From Obrimoposthia wandeli (taxonomy: Eukaryota), in the NCBI GenBank assembly GCA_977020255.1, contig CDROCS010003797.1, forward strand, positions 1 to 64,000: DNA of 64,000 nucleotides, in the 5' to 3' direction. Under the pieces are notes generated by a model. That model was not told where the DNA came from. It did not search any database and worked only from the letters and a program-made list of their open reading frames with translations. Positions 23,030-33,448 of the stretch are shown here, piece after piece. The translations under genes and the position numbers were made by a program. The first letter of the stretch is position 1. Each line of letters opens with the position of its first letter.

Positions 23030-23297
23030 TATTTTAAATCATTATGTAGAATTACTAATGTAAACAATTAAATAAACACCATATAAACTAACCACACTAT
23101 TTATTATCAATGTAATGATAGTAAGCTTAAGAAAACTAAAGCAGAAAATCTGTTACTAGCCTTTATTGAACGATATAGTATCATAGGCATTGTTTACAGC
23201 GATTAATGTTAAAAAATAGTGACATAAGTCAAATTCTAATCGCCTTTATTAAGTTATCATCATCCCATATCGTAATGCAGCTATTAAGTGGACAGCT

Positions 23298-23969
23298 TTG
23301 TCGAATTTAAACACACAAAATGAAACAACAAAAAGTGCTACTGCTGTGCTATTAAGTGCTCGCGGTTTAACCTGTATTCGTGAAGAACGAGTATTGTTTG
23401 AAGCACTCGACATTGATGTTTCAGCTGGTGATATTGTGCAAATTGAAGGGCCAAATGGCGCAGGAAAAACAAGTTTACTGCGCATTCTTGCCGGCTTATC
23501 ACAACCTTACGATGGTGCTATTTATTTTCAAGGTACACCGATAGCTAAACAACGTGAGACATTTCATCAAGATTTACTTTATTTAGGCCATTTACCTGGT
23601 GTTAAAGATGAGATGACCGCCCAAGAAAACCTTGAATTTAATCTCGCATTGCATGGCTTAGATAACAACACAGCCGAAGCAACACTAGCAAAAGTTAATT
23701 TGCTTGGCTTTGAAGATGCGCTCGCCTCACATTTAAGCGCCGGACAGCACCGACGCATTGCGCTTGCACGTTTATGGCAGAGCCAAGCTAAAGTTTGGAT
23801 TTTAGATGAACCCTTTACAGCGATTGATAAACTAGGGGTGGAGAAACTGGAGCAACTTTTTGTACAGCATGCCAACAACGGTGGTTGCGTGATATTAACC
23901 ACACATCAAGATCTATCATTACCCGCTGAGCGAGTAAAGAAAGTCACTTTAGCTTATCGTTTTTACTAG
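23298..23969 (+). CDS. ccmA: Heme exporter ATPase
   Basis: [37 protein letters not shown]; TTG start. Confidence 0.96.
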   Translation: MSNLNTQNETTKSATAVLLSARGLTCIREERVLFEALDIDVSAGDIVQIEGPNGAGKTSLLRILAGLSQPYDGAIYFQGTPIAKQRETFHQDLLYLGHLPGVKDEMTAQENLEFNLALHGLDNNTAEATLAKVNLLGFEDALASHLSAGQHRRIALARLWQSQAKVWILDEPFTAIDKLGVEKLEQLFVQHANNGGCVILTTHQDLSLPAERVKKVTLAYRFY

Positions 23970-23981
23970 GGTAATTCATTC

Positions 23982-24665
23982 ATGACACAGCTTTCTTATC
24001 GTGCCGCCTTTGCCTTAATCGTTAAAAGAGATTTAATGATCGCTTTTCGCCACCGCGACGATATTATTAACCCATTACTCTTCTTTGTTATAGTTGTCTC
24101 ACTTTTTCCATTAGGCGTTGGGCCAGAGAGTACAACATTGTCACGAATCGCCCCCGGAATTATTTGGGTAGCCGCATTGTTGGCAACTTTATTGTCATTA
24201 GATAGATTATTTAAGTCTGATTACGCTGATGGCTCGTTAGAACAAATGCTACTTAGCCCACATCCGGTATTTATATTAGTTATTGCCAAAATTTTTGCAC
24301 ATTGGTTATTAACCGGCTTGCCATTAATACTAATCGCGCCTTTGCTAGCCGTACTGTTACACCTACATGAAAGTAGCTACGGGGCACTTATGTTGACCTT
24401 ATTATTGGGCACCCCTGTACTTAGTTTACTAGGTGCAATTGGTGTTGCCTTAACGGTTGGCATTAAAAAAGGTGGCGTATTATTGAGCTTACTGGTGCTT
24501 CCGCTTTACATTCCCGTGCTTATTTTTGCCACCAGCGCAATTGATACCGCGGCGATGAACTTACCTTATAACGGACAACTTGCTATAATCGCGGCAATAT
24601 TTTTTGCCTCGTTAACCTTGGCCCCATTTGCTGTTAGTGCAGCGTTGAAAGTGAGTACAAATTGA
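23982..24665 (+). CDS. ccmB: Heme exporter permease
   Basis: LFPLGVGP, LFKSDYADGSLEQ, LPLYIPVLIF. Confidence 0.97.
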   Translation: MTQLSYRAAFALIVKRDLMIAFRHRDDIINPLLFFVIVVSLFPLGVGPESTTLSRIAPGIIWVAALLATLLSLDRLFKSDYADGSLEQMLLSPHPVFILVIAKIFAHWLLTGLPLILIAPLLAVLLHLHESSYGALMLTLLLGTPVLSLLGAIGVALTVGIKKGGVLLSLLVLPLYIPVLIFATSAIDTAAMNLPYNGQLAIIAAIFFASLTLAPFAVSAALKVSTN

Positions 24666-24666
24666 T

Positions 24667-25425
24667 ATGATGTGGAAATGGCTTCACCCTTACGCAAATC
24701 CTGAGATTAGCTATCATTTTGCTGGTAAAATATTGCCTTGGTGCGCACGTCTAGCGACCATATTTTTAACCATAGGTATAACTTGGGCATTACTTTTCGC
24801 CCCAGCAGATTACCAACAAGGCGATACCTTCAGAATATTCTATTTACATGTACCTGCGGCGATGTTGTCGATGGGAATATATTTGGGTATGGCGATTGCC
24901 GCGCTCTCAAGTTTAGTTTGGCAATTAAAATTAGCTGATGCCTCTGCGGCTGCAATGGCACCAATAGGCGCAGCTTTTACTTTTATCGCCTTAGTCACTG
25001 GCGCAGCATGGGGCAAACCTATGTGGGGCACTTGGTGGATTTGGGATGCTCGCCTCACCTCTGAGTTAATATTATTATTTTTGTACCTCGGCGTTATCGC
25101 TTTGCATAATGCCTTTGAAGATAAGAGCCTAGCTGGCAAAGCCGCTGGTATTCTGGCGCTTGTTGGCGTGATAAATTTACCTATTATCAAATATTCAGTG
25201 GAATGGTGGAATACTTTGCATCAGGGTGCAACCGTGAGTAAATTAGGGCAACCGTCAATGAGCGCAGATATGTTTTGGCCATTTTTAGTGTGCTTTATTG
25301 GCTTTGCTTTTTTAGTAACTGCATTAATTTGTCTACGTTTTCGTACAGAAATACTCACTAGAAATAGCATGCGACCTTGGGTGCGTGAATTAGTCGCTGA
25401 TGAGGAGAATGCTCATGCAGTTTGA
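24667..25425 (+). CDS. ccmC: Heme exporter CcmC
   Basis: WGKPMWGTWWIWDARLT (WWD motif), WWNTLHQ. Confidence 0.98.
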   Translation: MMWKWLHPYANPEISYHFAGKILPWCARLATIFLTIGITWALLFAPADYQQGDTFRIFYLHVPAAMLSMGIYLGMAIAALSSLVWQLKLADASAAAMAPIGAAFTFIALVTGAAWGKPMWGTWWIWDARLTSELILLFLYLGVIALHNAFEDKSLAGKAAGILALVGVINLPIIKYSVEWWNTLHQGATVSKLGQPSMSADMFWPFLVCFIGFAFLVTALICLRFRTEILTRNSMRPWVRELVADEENAHAV

Positions 25426-25648
25426 TAGTATCAATGCTTTTTTTGCTATGGGTGGCTATGGCTTTTATGTTTGGCTATCCTACGGTGCTAGTATTTTTAC
25501 GCTAGCACTACTAATTTTTTCTAGCATAACCAGTCACAAAAAGATTAAACAACAAATAGCTCAACGTCAAAAGCGTGAAGCAAAGCTACGCCAAGCGGCA
25601 GAGCTACAACAAGCACAAACCCGTGCTGACAACCGTCATAGTATTTAA
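25415..25648 (+). CDS. ccmD: Heme exporter CcmD
   Basis: [23 protein letters not shown]; start moved to the ATG at 25415. Confidence 0.92.
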   Translation: MQFDSINAFFAMGGYGFYVWLSYGASIFTLALLIFSSITSHKKIKQQIAQRQKREAKLRQAAELQQAQTRADNRHSI

Positions 25649-25659
25649 GAGGTAACCGT

Positions 25660-26172
25660 ATGAATCCCCGTCGTAAGAAACGATTAACCATAGTAACATC
25701 CGTTGTCATCGGCTTAGGTGTTGTTGCCGGCTTAGTTTTATATGCGTTAAGTCAAAACATTGATTTATTCTATAAACCTTCAGAAATATATCACGGTAAA
25801 GAAGATAGTGGTCTTAAAGCAATAGATGGCCAACGCTTACGTATCGGTGGTTTGGTCGTACCAGGAAGTGTTCATCGTAACCCTGATAGCCTAAAAGTAA
25901 GTTTTGAACTTGCTGATATGAGAATGCCGATTGTATTTTTGGAAACTGATCAGACAGTCACCGTAACTTACGATGGTATTTTGCCGGATTTATTCCGTGA
26001 AGGGCAAGGTATTGTTGCTAACGGTGTCTTAGTGCATGGCAATATGATTGAAGCTAGCGAAGTATTAGCAAAGCATGACGAAAACTATATGCCAAAAGAA
26101 CTTGCTGATGATGCTAATGGTAATTATAGCAAGCCTAGTTATGGCAAAGCTGAGTTAGATACGACTTACTAA
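25660..26172 (+). CDS. ccmE: Heme chaperone CcmE
   Basis: [28 protein letters not shown]. Confidence 0.97.
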   Translation: MNPRRKKRLTIVTSVVIGLGVVAGLVLYALSQNIDLFYKPSEIYHGKEDSGLKAIDGQRLRIGGLVVPGSVHRNPDSLKVSFELADMRMPIVFLETDQTVTVTYDGILPDLFREGQGIVANGVLVHGNMIEASEVLAKHDENYMPKELADDANGNYSKPSYGKAELDTTY

Positions 26173-26199
26173 AAGTAGGTTAAAGACCAAAAAACATAT

Positions 26200-26229
26200 A
26201 AAGCGAACTAACACTTAGTTCGCTTTTTT
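26200..26229. terminator. Terminator between ccmE and tetR
   Basis: AAAGCGAACTAA/TTAGTTCGCTTT 12-bp stem plus T run. Confidence 0.8.
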
Positions 26230-26312
26230 ATTTCTCCCTTAAGAGACTACTGCTATTTAGATCTAAAATTTGAAGCGAGAACTAAAGCCAAATAGTGCAC
26301 AAAAAACTTGAG

Positions 26313-26921
26313 TTAAAGCGAATAACCCTTAATAAACAAAGCAACACTCGCTTTTAAATAGCGGTTTATTTCTGCTTCGGAAATTTGTTTTTTAGTATTA
26401 AATTCCACACGCATCCAGCATTCACCTTTCGCCATATTCAAAAACTGGATAGCTGCAAACCGAGGTTCAGGGATCGATAATTGTTGCTTAGTATGAAACT
26501 CTGTCATCAATTTCGTCACGTCATTGACCATACGTTCTGGCCCTTCTTGGTAAAATAGCTCTGATAGTTCCGGGTGTGACTTCGACTCATAAGCACATAT
26601 TTTATGAACCGCTAGTGCTTCTTTTGACGTTAGCATAGCTAAAAAACGCTTAGCGAGTATAAATAAAACATCGGCAGGCTCAGTACCATGCTCAAGTGAT
26701 ACTTGTGTCATCTGATATGAATCACATTTTTGCTTTATCGACGCGGCAAATAATTCAGCTTTGTTACCAAAGTGGCTATATACCGTTTGTTTAGATACAT
26801 TGGCATGCTTAGCGATTAAATCCATACTGGTAGAACTGTAACCCTGCTCAGTAAATAATAAGGTTGCAGCATCGAGTATTTGCTTGCTTTTACTTTCACT
26901 TTTACTTCGAATATTTGCCAT
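26313..26921 (-). CDS. TetR/AcrR-family regulator
   Basis: QILDAATLLFTEQGYSSTSMDLIAKHANVSKQTVYSHFGNK helix-turn-helix; divergent from an RND operon. Confidence 0.95.
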   Translation of the reverse strand: MANIRSKSESKSKQILDAATLLFTEQGYSSTSMDLIAKHANVSKQTVYSHFGNKAELFAASIKQKCDSYQMTQVSLEHGTEPADVLFILAKRFLAMLTSKEALAVHKICAYESKSHPELSELFYQEGPERMVNDVTKLMTEFHTKQQLSIPEPRFAAIQFLNMAKGECWMRVEFNTKKQISEAEINRYLKASVALFIKGYSL

Positions 26922-27082
26922 AAATTATATCACTACCCATTAATTACGCTTTACGGTTACCCAAAAGCCTTTCAAGCTAAAAACTAGCATACGCTCCCTG
27001 ACAACCTTCGCCAACATCTTCAAACAGCCTTTATCACCTTCGCACTACAAGAATAAAACACGAGAAATGTCGCTACCATTAT

Positions 27083-27958
27083 GGGGTTGTTGATCTTTCA
27101 AGTTCATAATTTAACCACTTACATTGGCAGCCATATCATGCAACATGCCAATGCGAGAGTACCTTCATAATTTCTTTTTAATTTATCATATCTTGTCGCT
27201 ATGCCTCGGTACTGCTTGAGGCGAGCAAAAACATTCTCAACTAAATGACGGTACTTATACAAACACCAATCGATATCATCATTGCCTACCTTGGAATTTC
27301 TCTTCCTTGGAATAATTGGAATGGCATCTTTATCGCGTATTTTCTCTCTAAGTACTTCACTATCATAACCTCTGTCTGCAATGATATAGTCCGCACTTGG
27401 CAACATATCTATAAGTGTTGATTTATTTAACAACTTTACTGTCATGAACTTGGCCTCCAGTAATGTAAAATTCAATGGGTAAACCATAACTATCTACCGC
27501 CATATGAATTTTAGTTGTGTTACCTGCAACACTTTTACCTATGCCTTCGTCATCCTCTGTTCTAGCGCCAGTACTGTGCTGATGTGCTTTAACAATACTA
27601 CCATCAATAAACTCCCATTCTAAGTCAGGCTCATACCTTAATGACTTGAAAAGTCTCATTAAAACACCTTTCTTTGACCATAAGTTGAAGCGTCTATATA
27701 TGGCACTCCAATGACCAAATGACTCTGGCACATCACGCCAAGGGCATCCTGTTCGCATTCGATATAAAATACCTTCCATAGTATTTCTATGTTCGGGCTT
27801 GTCATACACTCTGTCTTTGAGCATTATAACGCTTAGTTTTGACCAGTGCTCATCGTTAAGCATTGTTCGGGACATGGTGATCTCGTATTTCTGTTTTTGG
27901 CGAAATAATTGCTTGGGTACCTTTTTATTCAAAAATTTAATCACGAAAAGATCGTCCC
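27083..27958 (-). mobile_element. IS5-family (IS427-like) element, degenerate
   Basis: Ends GGGGTTGTTGATCTTTC and (reverse complement) GGGACGATCTTTTC share GGG...GATCTTT; transposase in between. Exact ends uncertain. Confidence 0.75.
27119..27875 (-). pseudogene. IS5-family transposase split by a frameshift
   Basis: MSRTMLNDEHW...GCPWRDVPESFG...IDGSIVKAHQH...GGQVHDSK in one frame; LIDMLP...ADRGYDS...RHLVENVFARLK...ATRYDKL in another. Confidence 0.85.
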
Positions 27959-28118
27959 TAGTAAAATGATCACAAGCAACCTAACTGTAGATGTTTCCAG
28001 CGGCATAATACTACCAACACTCGTTAATATCACGTTACACCGCTAACCTGGTCATTAACCGCTGATATTATAGCCAGATGATGAATAAATACCGAAAATG
28101 CAGCACACACCAAAATAG

Positions 28119-28162
28119 ACTAGACAGTCTAGTTTGAGTGAACTAGACTGACAAGTCTAGTT
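28119..28162. promoter_or_regulatory. Tandem palindromic operators (probable TetR sites)
   Basis: ACTAGAC-A-GTCTAGT (28119-28133) and AACTAGACT-GACA-AGTCTAGTT (28141-28162), immediately upstream of the efflux operon. Confidence 0.7.
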
Positions 28163-28188
28163 TTGTATTTAAATTTAAGGCTTATTTC

Positions 28189-29385
28189 GTGTTAATCAAC
28201 CTACGTGCCAAACCATTATTTACCAGTTATAGCGCTGCTTTATCCCTGGTTTTATCCTTAAGCCTTTCTCTCACCTTATTAAGTGCTTGTTCTAAAAAAG
28301 AACAAGCAAGTGCGCAAGTTAATGAACAAGGTGCTAATTATCATCAAAGTGCTGATATTCAAAAAATTTCGCCAAGTAAGTCCTATGACATTGTTCGCAG
28401 CTATATTGGAAAAATCGTTAGTAAACAACTGACCTCTTTAAGCTTTGAGTACGCAGGTAAAGTCGCACATGTCTATGTCGACAATGGCGATACGATCACC
28501 AAAGGGCAATTACTAGCTGAATTTGATACTGAACTGTTAAGTATTAAGCGAAATGAAATTTCGGCGAGCATTGGCCAACTCGATGCACAAGCTGAGCTAA
28601 ATCAATTAAATTTAGTCCGAATTAATAATTTAAATACCAAAGGCTATAGCTCAAAACAAGCATTGGATGAACTTGAAACCGAGAAAAAAGTTATCCAAGC
28701 GGATATTTCTCGACAACAAGCCAATATAGCAACCATTGAATATCAAATATCCCACGCCAAGCTCCATGCACCTTTCGATGCTTTTATAAATACCAGATCA
28801 GTCGCAGAAGGGGAAAACTTTACCCCGAATCAAACCGCATTTGAATTGATCAAACAAACCGATCATGAAGTATCTGTCGGTGTACCTGTTAGTGTCGCGA
28901 GTCGTTTAATTATCGGTCAGCAGCTTGATGTAACGTTAAATAAACAAACAATTACCGCACAAGTGTTGGTGATTGGTAAACAGGTGCATAATGTCAGCCG
29001 TACCATAGAGTTACGCCTCGCCCTTAAACAACAAACGCTGTTTTATAATGGTCAATTAGTTCAAGTAAATATTAAGCAAAATGTTGAAAAAAAAGGCTTT
29101 TGGCTGCCTTTGTCAGCACTCACAGACGGTGTTCGCGGCCAATGGAACGTCTATCAAGTCAGCAAAACGACTGATGACTTATTTTCCATTTCTGCAAGCA
29201 CGATCAAAATAGAATATTCTACCGTCGATTCAGCCTATATTACCGGCTTACCTTTAATGGATAACGAAATCATTATGGCCGGGGTACATCGTTATGTACC
29301 GGGTCAACTCGTGAAGCGCGCTAATAATCAAGTCAAAGCAATGCCTGAAATGGCAGTTAAAGCAAAAACAGGTCAGGCTTTATGA
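28189..29385 (+). CDS. RND efflux membrane-fusion (adaptor) lipoprotein
   Basis: Lipobox LLSAC; GKVAHVYVDNGD, LHAPFD, GQWNVY; overlaps the next gene. Confidence 0.9.
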   Translation: MLINLRAKPLFTSYSAALSLVLSLSLSLTLLSACSKKEQASAQVNEQGANYHQSADIQKISPSKSYDIVRSYIGKIVSKQLTSLSFEYAGKVAHVYVDNGDTITKGQLLAEFDTELLSIKRNEISASIGQLDAQAELNQLNLVRINNLNTKGYSSKQALDELETEKKVIQADISRQQANIATIEYQISHAKLHAPFDAFINTRSVAEGENFTPNQTAFELIKQTDHEVSVGVPVSVASRLIIGQQLDVTLNKQTITAQVLVIGKQVHNVSRTIELRLALKQQTLFYNGQLVQVNIKQNVEKKGFWLPLSALTDGVRGQWNVYQVSKTTDDLFSISASTIKIEYSTVDSAYITGLPLMDNEIIMAGVHRYVPGQLVKRANNQVKAMPEMAVKAKTGQAL

Positions 29386-32300
29386 TCCGCTCATTTGTCA
29401 AAAATGGTCGCCTAATGTCTTTAGTGATCACGCTGTTAGTTGTGGCAGGTTTAGGGGCTTTAACTAATTTACCACGTACAGAAGATCCAAGAATTACCAA
29501 CAGAATCGCCAGTGTTGTGACGTTATTACCAGGAGCAAGTGCTGAACGAGTTGAGGTCTTGATCAGTGAAAAAATAGAACAAAAACTAAGAAAATTACCT
29601 GAAATAAATTTATTGACCTCAAACTCACGTCCGGGTATTTCAATCGTACAAGTCAAATTACAAGATGAAATTACTGATACTAAACCCATTTGGTCACGTG
29701 TCAGGGATTTACTCAATGACCTTAATCCAAGCTTACCTGCTGGCACACAAGCCCCTGTATTAGAGGACGATAGAGGTTATGCTTTCACACAGATCATCGC
29801 TTTAAATTGGCAAGGCGTTAACACTGCTGATATAACAATTTTAGGACGTTATGCCAATGAGCTACAAAATAAGCTAAAACTGGTTCACGGAACAGACTTA
29901 GTTACTATTTTTGGTCAAGGTTCAGAAGAGGTTTTAGTAGAGCTCGACCCCATTATAAGCAGCCAGCTAAATTTATCAGTCACTGATATTTCAAAGAAAA
30001 TTCTCAATGGCGATGCCAAAGTATCAGCGGGCCAATTAACCAACCCGCTAAACCAGATGCAAATTGAGCTCGTTGGTGCCTTACACGATACTGACCGCAT
30101 CAGTAATATTGCGATAAAAGTAGATAACAATGGCAATTTAATGCGCTTGGGTGATATTGCCGATATTAGAAAAACAGTCAATTATCCACCAACCGAAATT
30201 GCCATGGTGAATAACCAACAAGCTGTTGTAGTCGCGACACGTATGTTACCCAATTTACGTATTGACCAATGGAGCAACTCAGTTCAAAAAACGCTAGCTG
30301 AATTTAGCCAAACGCTGCCAGACAATGTCAGCTTGGAAGTTATATTTGATCAAAGCAGCTATACAGAGACCCGACTAAACGATTTAGTCAGTAATATAGC
30401 GGTAGGCTTTGCAATTATTGCCTTGGTATTACTGGTCACGCTAGGTTGGCAAGCAGCCTTAATTGTCGCTTTGTCATTGCCTTTAACGGTATTATTTACC
30501 TTATCAGTGATGAATTTTTACGGCCTACCGATTCATCAAATGTCGGTTACTGGCTTAGTCGTTGCGCTAGGTATTATGGTTGATAATGCTATTGTAATGG
30601 CTGATACGGTTAAAACTAACCGTGAAAATGGTCAACGTAGGCTCGATGCCGTATCCAATGCGGTAAATCATCTTTGGCTGCCTTTGCTCGGTTCAACACT
30701 CACCACTGTATTAGCCTTTATGCCGATTGTATTAATGCCGGGTCCCGCAGGAGAGTTTGTTGGTGGTATTGCTCTTAGTGTTATATTTTCGCTAGTTGGC
30801 TCTTATATTATCTCTCACACTATTGTGGCAGGTTTAGCGGGACGCTTTATCAGCCAGCACAAAGCTAAAGGTGCCCCACGTTGGTATCAAGTCGGTATTA
30901 GTTTACCGGCCTTAAACCGCGCTTTTGTCGGTTTACTTAGTTGGGCGTTAAAACATAGAAAAACCGTGATCATCATCGTTTTCTGTCTACCTTTATTCGG
31001 TTTTATTGCCGCGAAACAGTTACAAGAGCAGTTTTTCCCCGCGTCAGATCGTGACATGTTTCAAATTGAGCTCTATTTGCCATCGCAAAGCAGCATCATC
31101 AATACTAAACGCGTTAGTACACAGCTCAGTAATTATCTTAAAACACTTGATGGTATTGATGATGTGCGCTGGTTTATTGGTAAAAACGCACCATCATTTT
31201 ATTATAATTTAATGCCCACCAAAGATGGCGCGCAATATTATGGTCAAGGCATGGTAACCGCAACAAGCTTTGAGGACGCTAACCGTTTAATTCCTCAGAT
31301 TCAAAAAACACTTGATGACATGTTACCCGAAGCACAAATACTAGTGAGGAAGCTCGAACAAGGTCCTCCTTTTGCAGCGCCAGTAGAGCTACGTATTTTT
31401 GGTCCTAATCTCGATCGCTTAAAAATTATTGGTGACGACATTCGTGCTTTTATGGCTGATACGCGAGACATAACCCATAGTCGTTCAACACTACAGCCAG
31501 GTACACCAAAAGTTTGGGTGGATGTAAACGAAGCAGAAGCAAACTTAGTTGGCTTGTCATTAGTACAAGTAGCCCAGCAGCTTAACACCACGTTATTGGG
31601 GCAAAAAAATGGTTCAATCATCGAGGCGACTGAATCTATACCGGTTAGGGTTAGAATTGGCGATCAGCAGCGTGATGACTTAGCCGCCTTAGAAAGTATT
31701 AATATTATTAACCCGAGTACACAGCAATCAATTCCACTGACAGCGATTGCTACTTTAGAAGTTAAGCCTAGTCGTGGTGCTATTCCACATCGCAACGGTG
31801 TTCGCGTCAATGTTATTGAAGGCTATATTCGCGCCGGCGTTTTACCATCGGTAGTACTCAAGCGAGTGAAAGAGAAAATGGCCGAAGCGGATTACCAATT
31901 ACACCATGGTTATCGCATAGAGTTTGGCGGTGAGTCAGCGGAGCGAAATAAAGCGGTGGGTAAACTAATGGCCAGTGTAGGCTTGATATTGACACTGTTA
32001 TTGACCGTTGTGGTGTTGTCATTTAATTCATTTAGGCTAAGTGGCATTATATTTTTATCAGCATTTCAATCCATTGGTTTAGGGCTATTGAGTGTATATA
32101 TCTTTGATTACCCGTTTGGTTTCACGGTTATTATTGGTTTATTGGGCTTAATGGGGCTTGCTATTAATGCCGCGATCGTCATTATCGCCGAGTTAAAAAT
32201 GGATGAGCAAGCAATACAAGGCGACAGTCGTGCGATTATTCGCTGTGTACAAAGCTGCGCCCGCCACATTAGCTCAACAACAATAACAACCGTTGGTGGT

Positions 32301-32471
32301 TTTCTACCGTTAATATTGGCTGGTGGAGGCTTCTGGCCACCTTTTGCAGTCGCCGTTGCTGGTGGTACGGTATTAACGACTATTTTATCGTTTATCTTTG
32401 TACCTGCTGCATTCTCATTATTAAGCCAACGTAGAGCCTTTGAATTAACTAAGCAACCAGTATTAGCTTAA
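29382..32471 (+). CDS. RND efflux permease (AcrB/AcrD/AcrF family)
   Basis: 1029 aa; LPRTEDP, ALGIMVDNAIV, GLAINAAIVI, WPPFAVAVAGG. Confidence 0.95.
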   Translation: MIRSFVKNGRLMSLVITLLVVAGLGALTNLPRTEDPRITNRIASVVTLLPGASAERVEVLISEKIEQKLRKLPEINLLTSNSRPGISIVQVKLQDEITDTKPIWSRVRDLLNDLNPSLPAGTQAPVLEDDRGYAFTQIIALNWQGVNTADITILGRYANELQNKLKLVHGTDLVTIFGQGSEEVLVELDPIISSQLNLSVTDISKKILNGDAKVSAGQLTNPLNQMQIELVGALHDTDRISNIAIKVDNNGNLMRLGDIADIRKTVNYPPTEIAMVNNQQAVVVATRMLPNLRIDQWSNSVQKTLAEFSQTLPDNVSLEVIFDQSSYTETRLNDLVSNIAVGFAIIALVLLVTLGWQAALIVALSLPLTVLFTLSVMNFYGLPIHQMSVTGLVVALGIMVDNAIVMADTVKTNRENGQRRLDAVSNAVNHLWLPLLGSTLTTVLAFMPIVLMPGPAGEFVGGIALSVIFSLVGSYIISHTIVAGLAGRFISQHKAKGAPRWYQVGISLPALNRAFVGLLSWALKHRKTVIIIVFCLPLFGFIAAKQLQEQFFPASDRDMFQIELYLPSQSSIINTKRVSTQLSNYLKTLDGIDDVRWFIGKNAPSFYYNLMPTKDGAQYYGQGMVTATSFEDANRLIPQIQKTLDDMLPEAQILVRKLEQGPPFAAPVELRIFGPNLDRLKIIGDDIRAFMADTRDITHSRSTLQPGTPKVWVDVNEAEANLVGLSLVQVAQQLNTTLLGQKNGSIIEATESIPVRVRIGDQQRDDLAALESINIINPSTQQSIPLTAIATLEVKPSRGAIPHRNGVRVNVIEGYIRAGVLPSVVLKRVKEKMAEADYQLHHGYRIEFGGESAERNKAVGKLMASVGLILTLLLTVVVLSFNSFRLSGIIFLSAFQSIGLGLLSVYIFDYPFGFTVIIGLLGLMGLAINAAIVIIAELKMDEQAIQGDSRAIIRCVQSCARHISSTTITTVGGFLPLILAGGGFWPPFAVAVAGGTVLTTILSFIFVPAAFSLLSQRRAFELTKQPVLA

Positions 32472-32777
32472 CGCTTATCATATACAAACCATGAAGATGC
32501 TTAGAGCTAAGCTAGGAAATCGGAATCGCGCAGCACGTTAGACAATGGTACCAAAGCGCAATATGCACCGTTAACGCGGAGGTATTTTTCTGGCTGAAGC
32601 AAGGCGATAAAGGGTCATCTCCGGCGTTATGATTTCGACAATGGAACAACTATTATCTTCAATCAATGCCTTGGTGCTAACCCTTTCTCGACTTGCACAA
32701 TTCTGCATATTCAAGTGGCTTGGGTATATAACGGCGCTTATAAAATTTAAGTGACCGTTAAGACAAAAATTGCTGAT

Positions 32778-32813
32778 AAAAAAACGCAAAGTGTTGCCAC
32801 TTTGCGTTTTTTT
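32778..32813. terminator. Bidirectional intrinsic terminator
   Basis: AAAAAAACGCAAAGTG-TTGC-CACTTTGCGTTTTTTT, 16-bp perfect arms. Confidence 0.85.
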
Positions 32814-32912
32814 ATTATCCAAGACCATAATGCAGATTATATTTCGATGCTATAAATCGAGTCATAATTAGGAGCTATAACTAAGTACTAAAAGTCGGTA
32901 CTAACGTTAATA

Positions 32913-33071
32913 CTATAATTCGGGATTAAAGCCGTTTTTAATTTTTTCTATTCGCTCTTGATGTCGATGATGTGCTTTCAATGCTGCGACTGAAAACGCG
33001 CCAACAATCGCCACAATGGGGATTAAGAGTGCTAGTGTTTCTGGTTGTAATAAAGTTTTTAACCATTCCAT
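32913..33071 (-). CDS. Small single-pass membrane protein (52 aa), absent from the ORF track
   Basis: MEWLKTLLQPETLALLIPIVAIVGAFSVAALKAHHRHQERIEKIKNGFNPEL; AAAGG RBS-like sequence; lies between rraB and the terminator. Confidence 0.75.
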   Translation of the reverse strand: MEWLKTLLQPETLALLIPIVAIVGAFSVAALKAHHRHQERIEKIKNGFNPEL

Positions 33072-33097
33072 CGGATAACCTTTTTATTGTTGGCTGT

Positions 33098-33448
33098 TTA
33101 TTCTTCGAAATATGTTCCCCAACCATCATAATCAACTTTGCACTGTTTGGCTAATTCGAACATCTTTTTTGTTTCATCGAAAATGATATCAAAGTCTAAC
33201 GCTTGCTCAGTCACAATATCAAAAGCAAATACTTTATCACCATTTTCTAGCTCAGCTTCTTCTGGCTCTTCAACTTCAAAACCATTTTTAAATGCTGTGA
33301 TCGCTGCTTTTTCTAGCACCTCAAAATCAACACTAGAAAAGTGATGTTCAATGGTATGATGTACTTCTTCATTCGTACCATCTTCAACTAATGCGGCAAT
33401 TAAATCTTCGGTATGTTCTTGCCATTGCTGTAATTCTTCATCAATCAT
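33098..33448 (-). CDS. rraB: Regulator of RNase E activity RraB
   Basis: Acidic 116 aa; HTIEHHF, LEKAAITAFKNGFEV, YDGWGTYFE. Confidence 0.92.
   Translation of the reverse strand: MIDEELQQWQEHTEDLIAALVEDGTNEEVHHTIEHHFSSVDFEVLEKAAITAFKNGFEVEEPEEAELENGDKVFAFDIVTEQALDFDIIFDETKKMFELAKQCKVDYDGWGTYFEE

Noticed and set aside
32571-32828. 85-aa minus-strand ORF
   Set aside because: Runs through the strong terminator hairpin and has no RBS or recognisable motif; likely spurious or a decayed fragment.
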